NCBI GenBank assembly: GCA_030704615.1
Contig: CM060732.1
Span: 44,454,001-44,518,000, forward strand
Source: Takakia lepidozioides
Lineage: Eukaryota > Plantae > Bryophyta
Length of the DNA stretch: 64,000 nucleotides
Direction of reading: 5' to 3'
Part shown: positions 11,729-23,700 of the stretch, piece after piece
How the letters are laid out: each line of letters begins with the position of its first letter
How positions within the stretch are numbered: the stretch's first letter is position 1
Translations under genes and position numbers: made by a program
Notes under the pieces: generated by a model
Databases searched by the model: none
What the model was told of the DNA's origin: nothing
Seen by the model: the letters and a program-made list of their open reading frames with translations, nothing else

Positions 11729-12356
11729 TATGAATTCACCATCGATCGATCCTAACGTTTCTTCATTGAACTTGGATTGCAGGGGCAGGGGTCTACACCT
11801 GGATTGCAGGGGCGCTGGCCCAAGTAGACGTAAACGACTTAAAGCGACCAGCAGCATGCATGAGAGCATGCAGAGACAGTTGCTGCCAGTGGAAAGTAGT
11901 TCACGATCCCTTGCACTTGTTGAAGCCCCTGAGGGACCCTCAAAGCGTCCGCGTGTGGCTAAAGGGAAACAGATACCTCCACCCAGACGTGTGAGTGATG
12001 AAGTGAGTGATGATGAGGTTTCCACTGGAAATTCTTCTTTCGCCCAAAGCGAAGGGAGTGAACAAACTCTATCAGCCTTTTATCCTTATTTCGCAGCGAA
12101 TTACTCTCCTGCAAGGAGCGAAGAAACTGTTGACAAACCTCCATCGAACAACGAAGAAAGTATCGGTGCACCGTGTGCTTCATGTTCAGATTCTTCCTTC
12201 GCCGAAAGTGACGAAACCGGAAGTGACGAAACCGAAAGTGATGAAACCGAAAGTGACGAAACCGTCACCAGCAAATGTAGTTGCAGAGGTCGGAGACGTC
12301 CAAAGCTGCGTGTGTCATCTTCAAAGAAGGGCTGCTGGACTTATTTTAAGATGTAG
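11729..12356 (+). CDS. Hypothetical low-complexity, Ser/acidic-rich ORF with NLS-like motifs; orphan gene or transposase N-terminal relic
   Basis: About 208 codons are open from the ATG near 11729, preceded by an acceptor-like tgcag and an upstream donor-like ggtaagt near 11447. It contains RRKRLK, KRPRVAKGK and four (E/G)SDET repeats. Confidence 0.3.
12202..12264. repeat. 15-bp tandem repeat x4 (ccgaaagtgacgaaa)
   Basis: Directly visible; encodes (E/G)SDET repeats in the 11729 ORF. Confidence 0.9.
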
Positions 12357-13886
12357 TTGGTAGCTTACATGGCTATCTCGGGCAATCTGGACAGTCTTGA
12401 GATGTATTCAGATGCACAGGGATCTAGGTGGTCCATACTTGGCCCACTGATCATGCCCATTGATAGCCTTAATATCCCAGGGAACAACTACATCATGGTC
12501 CCCAGCTACACCCTAAGTGTCCATCAGGAGTATTATGTCCTCCAGTTTTTGTTCAGGTCCTCCATGTCTCTAGGAACAGGGTGTAGAGAGAGAGAGAGAG
12601 ATGATGCCACTGTAGTTAGCGCAATAAGAGCCTCAGCTTCCCCTTGCGGGTACTGCCCCCTTTCCTGCGTAGAATCTTCAGGGCTTTTCATTTTTCTGTG
12701 AACTTGTAAAGAATGCAGAACCATGCGGCTTGTCATCCTTGTAATCCCTAAATAATAGCAGAACCATGTTCTGCAGTTTGTGATTTGAAAGACTGCGACT
12801 TTTGGCATCTGCTTCAACTGCTCGAGTAATTCTGGCAAATAGATGCTCACTATAGATGTCCGAATCATGTTTTGAGTAACTCTGCCCTGGGATGATCAAG
12901 CAGGTCATGCATTCATGCCTAATTGTGACAATGAATTCCTCGATTGAACCAACAAGTTGAATCTGAAGAACACTGGAAATCGAATTACCTAGTGATTTCC
13001 ACTAAGGAAGCAGTCATTGAAGAAGGTTGACTACATGAATGATTGGATTTCCTCTATAATAAAACGTTAATGATTCAATTTTATCATCAATAGCCAATGT
13101 TTGGCTATGTGCTGACAAAATTCAGTTTTGAGTTGGCTACATTTCATCATTGAACCCCATCAACTCTCAACTGCTATACTCTCACCCCAGAAGAAATGAA
13201 GTGTAGTAAAGTTTGATTGGAGAGTACTATCAAACTTACTTCATTTCTCCTCTTGATGGACAATGGGCTTGTGGGAAAAATGCATGCTCTAGGGATGCAA
13301 AACTGTGTTTCATCCCAAACCTTGACAATTGACATGGTGGAATTTGTTTTTTCTTCCACACACACACATACACACAACAAAAGTTGACTCCTCGCATAAC
13401 TTATGGTGTCACTTCACCCCAGAGGGCAGTTGGGGCAACTGCCTTCTGCGCCCATACACACATGTATATATGAAGTTGCAGAAACAGCTGTATGTGTTGC
13501 TATGGAATTTTTTAAATAATGAATATACATGGTAGGAAAGGAAATGAAGGCCGATGATTAACAAAGCAAACAAATGCTCCATCTGAATCTTCCACAATCA
13601 TCAGGAACGCCTTGCTTCTTTAATCCAGTATGATTTCCTTTTTATTGCAAATGTTTGGCCTTGGTATTCTGCAATTCTCTTAGCTGAAGCAGAAGAAACA
13701 AGGATCCCCGTCCCACCTCTTTTAAGTCTCTTGCAATTCAACACTCCCCTGTTTTGAGCAAGGTGAGCTATGGTACATAGGGCTGAACAGGTTGAGAGTA
13801 CTCATGCCCGCAGCCAAGCTGAACAAAACAACCCTACTAGTCTAATATACATCCCACTCTGAGCCTTTGCCTCCATATCTTTAATC

Positions 13887-16800
13887 TCAAGCTAAACAGA
13901 GTCCTTCAAGGTCAACAGGAGAAACAGTCCTACTCCGGAGTGTATCTGCCCTGGAATGACTCTTGTCAAGCGGATTTTCCTTGTAAGTATACAAGTATGA
14001 CACAGTAAGAAAATACAGGAAGTTTAGGAAGCTAAGTACTGCCATGAGCCAGTAGAAGAGATTTAGTTTACTGCGGTTGAATGGTCTGCTATCTGCCAAC
14101 CAGCCAGGGTGACTATGCCCATGGCTGGTGACCTTGTTGACAATCTTCACAAGGATTGTGCTCATAAAGTAGCCAAGAGAGATGGTGGTAAGAGCGAATC
14201 CGCTGATCATGCTCCGCATGCTGCTGGGCGCTTGATCATAGAAGAATTCCAGCACACCAATGTAGGTGAACATATCAGCAATCCCAAAGGTGAAGTACTG
14301 TGGGACAAGCCAGAAAATGCTCATAGGAATTGTGCCATGAGGACTGTCTAGTAGGCCATTTGCCTTGGCAAGGTTGGTGCGCTTCACCTCTACTAAGGCA
14401 GCTATGATCATGGACACAATAGATAGGACAAGACCAATGCCAATTCTTTGGAGAAAACTAATACCTCGGTGAAGGCCAGTAAATTTCCGAGCAAATGGAA
14501 CAAAGAGGCGGTCATACAGAGGGACTAATACAATCATGATAATAAGAGGGAAGAATGGTAGGGATCCAGAAGGAAACTTGAATTTCCCAATATGGCGGTT
14601 AACTGTGGCCCCCTGCTCAACTGTGTATGTTTGCAGCTGGGCAAGAACCACATTCATGATGATTGTGCCTGCCCATACAGGCAACAACTTCAGAACAGCT
14701 TTGGCCTCTTCAACCTGTGAGATTGTACACACCCTCCATGGGTTCGTAGACACTGGCTCAACAATTGTGGAATTGGGCGCTAGTATTGGTTGGTGTATTG
14801 TTGCCTTGTCGAGGAGTCTGATGAGAATGATCAAAGGCAAGTGCAACATTATCAGTACATGGAACAATATTGACAGGCTTTACCAAGGTTCATCATACCT
14901 CTCAAACTGAGTCGTATAGCAACTGGTCGCATGCTTACAACAGTGACAACTCTAACAGTACTTTGTACAAGTATGGTTAGCTTTGAATACACACGCTTTT
15001 TGCAAAATAGATATATTGAGATTGGGCTGCTCATCAGTTGCGGAAGTAGCCCAGTATTGTTGTGCATGTTGTGCATTGTCGGGAAGTCCAATGAGAGTAA
15101 TGAAAGACATGCCCAGAATCAATGCATTTAACCACAACTCGTCATACCCCCTGACAACAACATCATTGGTCTCACACAATAATGACACTCGACATATCTG
15201 TTTTGCACAAAGCATTTTTACTCAAACCTAAGCATACGTGTACAAGGTATTGTTGGAGTTGCAGCCAGCCTAAGGAATTTAGGTTGGTAAGTTGCTTACC
15301 GGAGATGGTTGGTGTGTGGCATCCTGTGGATGCCGAATTGTTCAGCCTCTTTTTCCCCAGCTTCATACAAGCTCTCATTGGCAGGAAGGGGATGTTGAAT
15401 ATTGCGGAATGTAGCAACCAATACTTGAGCTATGCGTGTCAATGGGCTACCTGTGACCTTTCTATGTCTATAGCATTTCGTGCCCAACAAGAAAAAACCC
15501 AAACCAGTCGCTACAAGCGCCAGGGCTACGCCATAGCCTACGCCTCGGACAACGTTATCTTGAATGTATACCAAAACTGTGACTCCAAGGCAACCCCCTG
15601 TGATAAAACTGAAGAAGAACCAATTAAAGTAGACTGATGAGAGTCTCCTCTCTTCTATGTTTGTCTCGTCGAACTGATTGGCCCCCAGACTTGACAAACA
15701 GGGCTTAAGGCCACCGGACCCAAGTGCAATGAGGTAGAGTCCCATATATAGAACCACCAAGCCTTTTTGACTTGCAGGCACACATGAAACGCCTCCACAT
15801 GGAGGAGGCCTCAAGGATGAAACAGATGCGGAAATAGTCAGGAGTGCAAAACCCTGCATCAAATGAGTAGACATACATGTAAACAGCTCTCCATATACAG
15901 AACCACGAAGACTTTTTAGACACACATCCAGTGAGCAGACATCCACGTAAACAGTTACTGCCCATGTATGTACAAAACCACTAAGCCTTTTTTACTTGAA
16001 AGCCTTCATAAGAAAGAGTCTGAAGGGATGAAACAGATTCAAGAAATAGTCAAGAGTGCCAAACCCTGCATCCAGTGATGCGGACATACATGTAAACTGC
16101 TACTACTACCAAGCCTTTCTACTTCCAGGCACACGAAAGGTCTTCAAACAGAGGAGGCTGCTGGGATGAGATAGATGCAGGAATAGTTAGGATTGCCAAA
16201 ACCATGCATTCTGGTGATACAGGTAAACAGGACACCTCAATTTTGGATCTCTTCTGCCCAAGATTCCCTTTGGCATCAGACACTCATTTGAATTCTAGAG
16301 GACGTGTAGAGAGTTACATTACATATTTGTGAGAAGGGGAATTGAAACTCACCATAATCTCAACCACCCCAAACATGAAAATTGTCCAATAGCGACCCAA
16401 GTAGGCATCAGCAATGAAGCCTCCAAGAAGAGGACAAAGAAATGCAGTGCCTGCAAAGTTTGTCACAGCAGTAGCTGCTTGTGTGTTGGCAAAGTTCATG
16501 TAGAGGGTCAAATAGAGCACCAGATCTATTTGTGCCCCAATGAAAGCCATTGTCTCCATTAGCTCCATTGCTGCATCCCAGCACCCATCCAAACGTGTAA
16601 TCACGCTTAGCAACCAGTTGCATTGGCTCTATTCTACAGACAGTGAAAAATCTTCAGATTGTTCACTCTTGCTAAAGAGTGCTCCAACAGCCGGAAGATC
16701 CATCCAAAAAGTTGTCAATCCATCTAACATTCAAAGTGAGGCTCTGTCAGGGTTATGACTCAGATGCGGTGCTCTAGCTCCAGAATGTACACATGAAGCT

Positions 16801-17162
16801 AGAGGATCCCATGTTTTCCATGTGGAAATGTGTAGAAGAAGCATACAACCTGCATCAATGAATTTGTGAGTACTTAATGACATGTAGTGTACATTCGCTC
16901 AATCTGATAATTAATGTGGGTGTGGTTTGTAAATCTCATACTGACTTCCAGTGTTGCAAGTCAGAAATACAATAGTTCTAAATGCTGTATTCTGCGAAAA
17001 TGCCAAGAAACAAACAAATAGACATGCTAAACTGCAATAAATTTGGCAGTTATGAAACTCACCAAAATTGAAGGGTGTAGTTTTCCAGCCACCAGTCTCC
17101 TGTTTATTGGCAGGCCTCCCTTTGTAATCCAGAGAACCATCTCCCACAAGCATTTCGTCCAT
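13887..17162 (-). CDS. NPF: NRT1/PTR (NPF) family transporter, NPF4-like, ~600 aa, 4 exons (17162-17063, 16570-16353, 15853-15300, 14817-13887)
   Basis: GT-AG exons sum to 1803 nt in one frame. Motifs: DYKGRPA..TGGW, LLGGFIADAYLGRYWT, GGLKPCLSSLGANQFD, FNWFFF, CTISQVEEAK, LQRIGIGL, EFFYDQAPSSMRS. Confidence 0.95.
15980..16230 (-). repeat. Two decayed tandem copies of the NPF intron-2/exon-3 junction
   Basis: 15980-16105 and 16106-16230 resemble 15755-15890 (aagcctttt..actt...gatga.a.agat...gaaatagt.a.ga.tgc.aaacc.tgcat...ca.gtaaac). Confidence 0.8.
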
Positions 17163-19059
17163 TCCCGGCTCCTCTTCCTAAAATGATGTGCCCAAGAGTA
17201 TGTAAGTAGGTCACACTCTACAGAAAGGCTCCATTGAAATTTGAAAGAGCTGATGTGCTCTATGCAAGCTGCTCCAGTGCTCTTAATTATTATGCTAGCT
17301 GAGAAAAGGGATATTTCATGATCAACAATGTAAATTGTATATTCAACTAATGTGAAGGTGCTCAGGCACTGCAATTGTATGTTCAAGTTGCAACAAGAAC
17401 CATAATCTCATTTTGCCCGCTGGCAAAATTGATGTCCAGAGCATGAGGCCGAGTTCTTGAGCATATATTTCTACTAGACTTAACAATTTCTGCTCGAACT
17501 ACCGGAGTCACGGAGAACGAGAAGGTCTACTCAATATCCGGCACAACGTCTTCAGATGTAGGCTAAGATACTCGATTGTACAGGACGACGACTGCACGGA
17601 GGGAATGAAAAGGTTGTACCATGCTGGAAAGTCAAGATCGAGCTGGAAGTAGCCCTGCAGAATAGCTCGCCCACAAATCTCAAAGCTTTTGCATTATGTC
17701 GTCTGGGAAAATCACTAGTGCGCCATGAGCTACAGCCCAGTTGAGAACAACGTCGTCTCTCTCCGATTTGAGTACGAGCTTCCTTGCTCGCAGGTTACAC
17801 AAGAGCAACACATGACCATTCCATTCATCTGTTTCCTCGATCCGTCTCGCCATCGTCCTTTGCAACCTCTCATGCCCTTTATATTTACCTCCTCCGCTTT
17901 CCGCTAGATCCGCGAGAAAGTGCTGACACGCCATCTCTGCCAATATTTTATGCCACAGTGGCGAACACCAATATGCCTCGATTGGTGCGCAAGGCCCTCT
18001 AAGTAACTTGCGTGCAATTGCAAGGCAAAGGCCCGAATGTCGAAAGGCAAGTCAACTCAACAGCAAGGCCATCTGGCACGATCCTACAACCTCTTTACCA
18101 CAGAAGCAGCCGCAGAAAATGACACTGGCACCTTGTCCAGAATGGGTTCGAACCGCCCAGTTTAGTGCATCCGTGGGCCATACGACAGATAACATCGACA
18201 GGACGAATAAAGTGCGCAGTTACAGTAGTTTCATCCATGTGGTCGCCGTCTGTATGCCAAGGGAGGATGAAAAGAAAAAGCACCGAACAGTAAATCTAGA
18301 GGGTGACTGCCGAGTCTCTTTCGGACGGTCTTTCTCATTGAGCTGTTTAATTAAAAAAAATGGAATGGGCGAACGAAAACCGACCACGTGTAGGGGGTTT
18401 GTGGACCCATTATACAGCTTGTTTGCATGCCGTAGCACCGGCATTAGAACCGATCTCCTCGGTGTTCCCAAAGTTTACCGGCAGCTGGAGGTGATGTTAC
18501 TCCATTAGCACTGTTTGGGGGTTGGTACCAACGCCTAAAATGCATTTTTGTAAGCTATTCTTTGCTATATTAAGCGGCAAGTGAGCGGTGAATGCCACGT
18601 GGATGATTCGATTGCAGTATTGGGAACTTGAGAATACTCACAAGGGGAACTTTGGCGTTAGGCGTTCTCCATTGGAGCGTTTTTTTCTCATTTTTCAGAC
18701 GTAGCTGGTGCGGCCACCTGTGTACTCTACCCAGCTGGCACCCCTAGAATGGTCGCTCATTCTAACAGTTTTTTATTTTATTTTATTTTATTTTTAAAAA
18801 GGAAACCTGCTAACAGTGCCATGATGGCACTCATACGGATCTCCTAGCGACAACCTTTTGTAGTTTATTCTCCTTGTCTTGTGGAAAATTTACGAAAACA
18901 AGGCTTTCATTTCCCTTTAGTGAATATGTACCAAAAGAAAACATCTACCAAGCTCTCCCAACAAAGGTGGCTAAGCATGCGAGCCCGCATGGCTACTGCA
19001 TTGCATGTGAAAAAGCCATGTGGGCCAACATGGAATGCATGTCAAAGTTGGCTAGGGAA

Positions 19060-19710
19060 GTTCTAGATTGGCGGGAAGGTTCTAGAGGTGTGGCGAGGTC
19101 ATTTTGACAAGCTATAGCCAGGGAAGAGATGGAGGGTCCAGCGGTCAGCACCCAAGAGGCAGAATCGAGGGAGTGCAAGAGGAGAAGAAGGGTCGATTAA
19201 TTAATTGGCGGCAAGGTAGGCAGGGCATGTACCAGTTGTAACGCAAGGACCCATCGGCATTGGATCCAACTATGTTTTAGGTCCGGCTGGAAATTTACCT
19301 ATTTCTCTTTATTTCTTGAAGTTGAAGTGTAGAGGTGGATTGGTCTTCATTATAACCTTCGTATCATGTGGCTGGTATACGAGCTGGCATAACAACCAAC
19401 AAGTTTTATGCCCCCATTCTTTTTATTATGTCATGCTATCCGTATTCAAGGGTGAGTTTTCTGCTCGAAGTTACATCTCCAATGCACTTTTTTGCAATGC
19501 GATATGTCTCTACACCAATTTTATTTGAGATCGGGGTAAATATGTACCGCAATCATTCCAAAAAACAAATTAAGCAAAGGATAATTGGACATCTTGCAAG
19601 CTGTCCCCACAAAGGTGGCCATAGCATGGGGGCCACACATTGGCTAATGTATACAATGTGAAAGTGGCAATTGCATGTGGGGCTCACATGGAATGCATGC
19701 CAAAGTTTGC

Positions 19711-19746
<36 letters not shown>

Positions 19747-20470
19747 ACGAGCGTCCTGTCCCCTTTTGGGGGTGGGTTCTATGGTGACTAGAACCAATTA
19801 CTAAGCGGCTAGCTGTCCGCTTTTCAATATTTCTTTTGTTGAGGATAATAGCGGTGAGTGAAGTGATGGCTCTGAAGTGCATGGTTCATAGCAGGTATGA
19901 ATGGTAAGGGATGGGAGTGGGCCTATTGGTACTGTTGTGGAGATGGTGAGTCCTTGGACAAGAAGAATACATGGGCATAGTCTTGCAAGACAGATGCATG
20001 GGTAGTGTAGTTAACACATGTACATGATAATAACCATGTAAGGTTATATGAACTCTCAAGTTCTAGATGCGTGGGGAGATCATTTTGGCAAAGCTAATAT
20101 ACCCACGGAGGGAGCTTGGGAAGAGATGGAGGGTCTAGTAGGGAGTGCAAAACAGGCCGGATGAGGGAGTGCAAGAGCAGAGGGATGGTCGATTACTAGT
20201 TGGCGGCAAGGTGGGCAGATCAGCACGCACCAGTGGCGGCGGCAAGGCCCCATTAAGATTGGATCCAGCTCCGTTTTAGGTCCGGCTTTATATTACCTTT
20301 TTTCTCTCTCTTGAGGTTGAAATGTACAAGTGGATTGGTCTTCATTATAACCTTCTTAGGAATGATCAAGGAGGTTTATGCTCACTTGTATTTTTATTAT
20401 GTTACACTATCATATTCAAGGTTGAATTTTCTGCTCAAAATTACATCTCTTTAAATGCACTATTTTGTTT
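19060..20470. repeat. Pair of ~420-bp diverged direct repeats (19060-19490 and 20050-20470) around a (TA)n tract, part of a dispersed family
   Basis: Both copies share aagttctagat, ggaagagatggagggtc, ttggcggcaaggt, ttggatcca.ct..gttttaggtccggct and tggattggtcttcattataacctt. Segment 19614-19690 is a reverse-complement match to 47196-47270. Confidence 0.8.
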
Positions 20471-20732
20471 GTTGAACATTGCCTGGGTGTGTCGCTCCCT
20501 CAATGTAAAGCCACCAGGTTTTCCCTCTTCCCATAGAAGGTTATTCAACCTTCCATGAAAAAGTTCGTCATTTCCAGGTGGGCAAGATTGCTGTTGGATG
20601 ATGCAAAGTTAAGAGGGAACAAAAAGCCTGAAATTCTTGAGCAGGGCGGATTGACAAGAAATGTGACTTTTCCCATAGATAGAGATAGAGAGACAGGGAA
20701 GATGAGGAAGAGGTGCACAACCTCGGACATAT

Positions 20733-23700
20733 CTACAGAGCTTTTGCCTTCAGGGCATGCAGAGCTTCCTTGCCCTTTTTGTTATTCGAGACTTTGTAAA
20801 ACACTGACATGAAGGCACCCTCTGCTCCATACCTGAAACACACAGGCCCACCTCGAAATTGCTCAACAAACAACCGTCTTCCATGGTGCATCCAGGCTTA
20901 ACAAGGCTACCCTACTAGTAAATGCCCACCTGAGACATAGACAGCATTTCACAGGACTTGTGGCAGTAATACTGTTACGCTGGAACATTTCCCTTACTAT
21001 TGCAACCATATAGAATGGGTTTCAGCAGGTCATCCCTAAAACAATTGAACCATCACAAGCTCTCTCAAATCCCCTCGCCTGCAGTTTTGAACTTGACATT
21101 GTGTTCTTGCGCACTAGAGCAGGTAGCCTAGTGGTTGGGAGTTTGTGCCTTGCCTGTGCATAACCTAGGTTGTCTAGTGTTCAAGTATCCACCTTCCAAC
21201 GGAAGGCAGTCGTCCCAAGTAGTCCCTTGGAATGAGGAGACACCATAATTTACACTTCCTTTGGGAGGCGTCATCCCTTTTTGTGTGTGTGAAGTCCTTG
21301 CAGGCACACTGATAGATGCCTCTCAATGCTGGGGTGATGGTTATCCAGCTCCAGACTATGGTTGAACTAGGAGATCATGGTCTAGAATAAGAGAGCCCCA
21401 TTATTAGGCCGACTGCAAAGCTGAAGAATCTGCACAAGAATACACATCGACAAGGATATAGGAAAGAGAAATACGTACTTAGTGCGTACAACTGAATACA
21501 AGGTGGAATCAAACATTCTCCAGAAATCGGACTCTGATTGTTCAATCACAGCATAAAGGCACTGATACGAGTTGTTGTCTTGCAGCCACTTCTCCATATC
21601 CTCGGTAGCCTCTACACCATCCCAGACCTCTTGCCTGAGGACTGGCCCCGGTACTCCCCAGATGCCCACATCTGTCCACATTTGGGCGTAGTCTGTGTCG
21701 CCTGGCTGTTTGTCTTTCTCATAGTCTTTCTCTGTATCCAACATTGTACCACTCCCATTCTTGAAGAGCCGGTGTGGACATAGCCATAGTGGATAAGTCT
21801 GCACAAAAGGAAGTGTAAGTCCACACACCGCCAGCCAAAGACTTCCCAGTGGCACTTGAGAGCAAAGGGTACTGTTTCTGTTCCAAGGCAATCTCTCGCT
21901 TTCTCTCCCTCTCTCTCTCTCTCTTTTTCCTTGAATGTGGTTAAGTTATTTGTAACAACACTCAAGAATTGCCTGATCCCTCTGGCTCTCTCTCTATCCT
22001 TGAATACGGCAAGGAGAACGGTACATCCATGAAGGTTCGCAATGAACAAACAGGACACTTGATGGCAAACTAATCCACGAAATCTTGTGCTAGGCCCTGT
22101 AGCAGCACCTTCTACATCATCCAGTCATTGTACATTGCTCTCTTGCCTGGTCTAGTAGCCAATGCCTTGTGTCTGAATTAGGAAACCTGAAACTGAGGCT
22201 TGAGGATCTCTCTCTCTCTCTCTCTCTCAAACCCGGATTAATTCTATATATGGAGGTAAGTCTTACTACCAACGTCAGCCCCTGACAGAGGTAGGTTCTG
22301 TCCCTTTTGTTCCCGCTCAAACTGGGCGCGGGGTCAATGGCCACAAGGCTACGGCAAACAAAGTCTTATGAGTACAATCTCTCTATGTTCCGTTCAAACT
22401 GGGCGCGGGGTCAATGGCCACAAGGCTATGGCAAACAATGTCTTATGAGTACAATCACTGCCCTGTAAGTCTAATCTGAATCTATGAATACTTTTGCAAA
22501 CCAAAGGCCTCTATGTGTACCCTTACTTGGCCTCTAGTAACACCTTCCTTTTGGGATTGGGTGCTTACTGAAATGAAACCCACCCCCCCTCCCTGTGGAG
22601 CACAGGCTGAAGTAGGTGCTCCTAAGATGTGTACCTATTGTTGACTGAAATGGCTGAAAGGGCATCTCTTACCTATCCTCACTTTGCTAGTATGACCTGC
22701 TGCAGGGATGACATTGATAACAAATGGTTTAAGCCTGGGGTTTTTCACAGGGATCACTAACCTGTTGGTTTTTTGGTTGGCTGTGATGGATCCAGGTGAG
22801 GCCACGCCACCTTCTTTTGTTGCAGGAAAAAGCTACTAAGGGCAAGAGACTAAGGCAGTGAGGCTTTGTGCTCTCTCAAACCTCAAATGTGCACATATGA
22901 CTGCTGTTTTTGCTCTGAATGTTTTGATGGATCTATGAATATGAACCTACATGGAAAGGAGTTACCTTTAAGGAGACACTAATGCTCTTCCAAATTCTAC
23001 TGTTGCTTCCTATGATATGAAAGTGAGGAGGCAGATCTGTTTCTGAGAAGGGCCTACCTAGTGCGCATCTGATTGCCACTTAGTACACTAAAAACTGGTT
23101 TTCCAGCGAGGATTTGTATGGGAGGTATGGAGGCAGATCTGGGTAGAGACAGTTTGATGGTGCCTAAATAGGCTGTCTGATGTTGTTAAAAAAGAGGCAA
23201 ACACAACACATTGTGTTTAGTGTTTCCTTGTCTAACTCTGACATGCTATGTAGATCTCTCTCTCTCTCAGTTCATATATCAGTTGTCTCAATAAATGTGA
23301 GCCTCAGAAAGTAACAGAAAGAATTTGTGCCAAGATACAGACCTCAAAATTTTCATGGCAGAATTCAAGACATTCGGCCACCTTCCTATTAGGAACCAGC
23401 ATGTCCTGGCAGGCATGGCGCTGTATGTAGTAGTTCCGGATGGCATCATTCTGTGTTAATTTTAAGATGCTAACCTGCACATTTTAGCAGAAAACTCCAA
23501 CTTTCAGAATGACAAGCACAAGAGAAGAGAATGAGAAAGAGTGCAGATGACGGATCCAAGCTCTGACTATACTTCCCAACAGCAATGTTGGCCTAAAGTT
23601 CCAGACAAGCAGAACCTACTGTGAAGGACACTGAGTGGGAGACTGAAATCCACCAATGCTGAAATTCTCTCAATTTCATAGGCCATAAAAGACACCAAAC

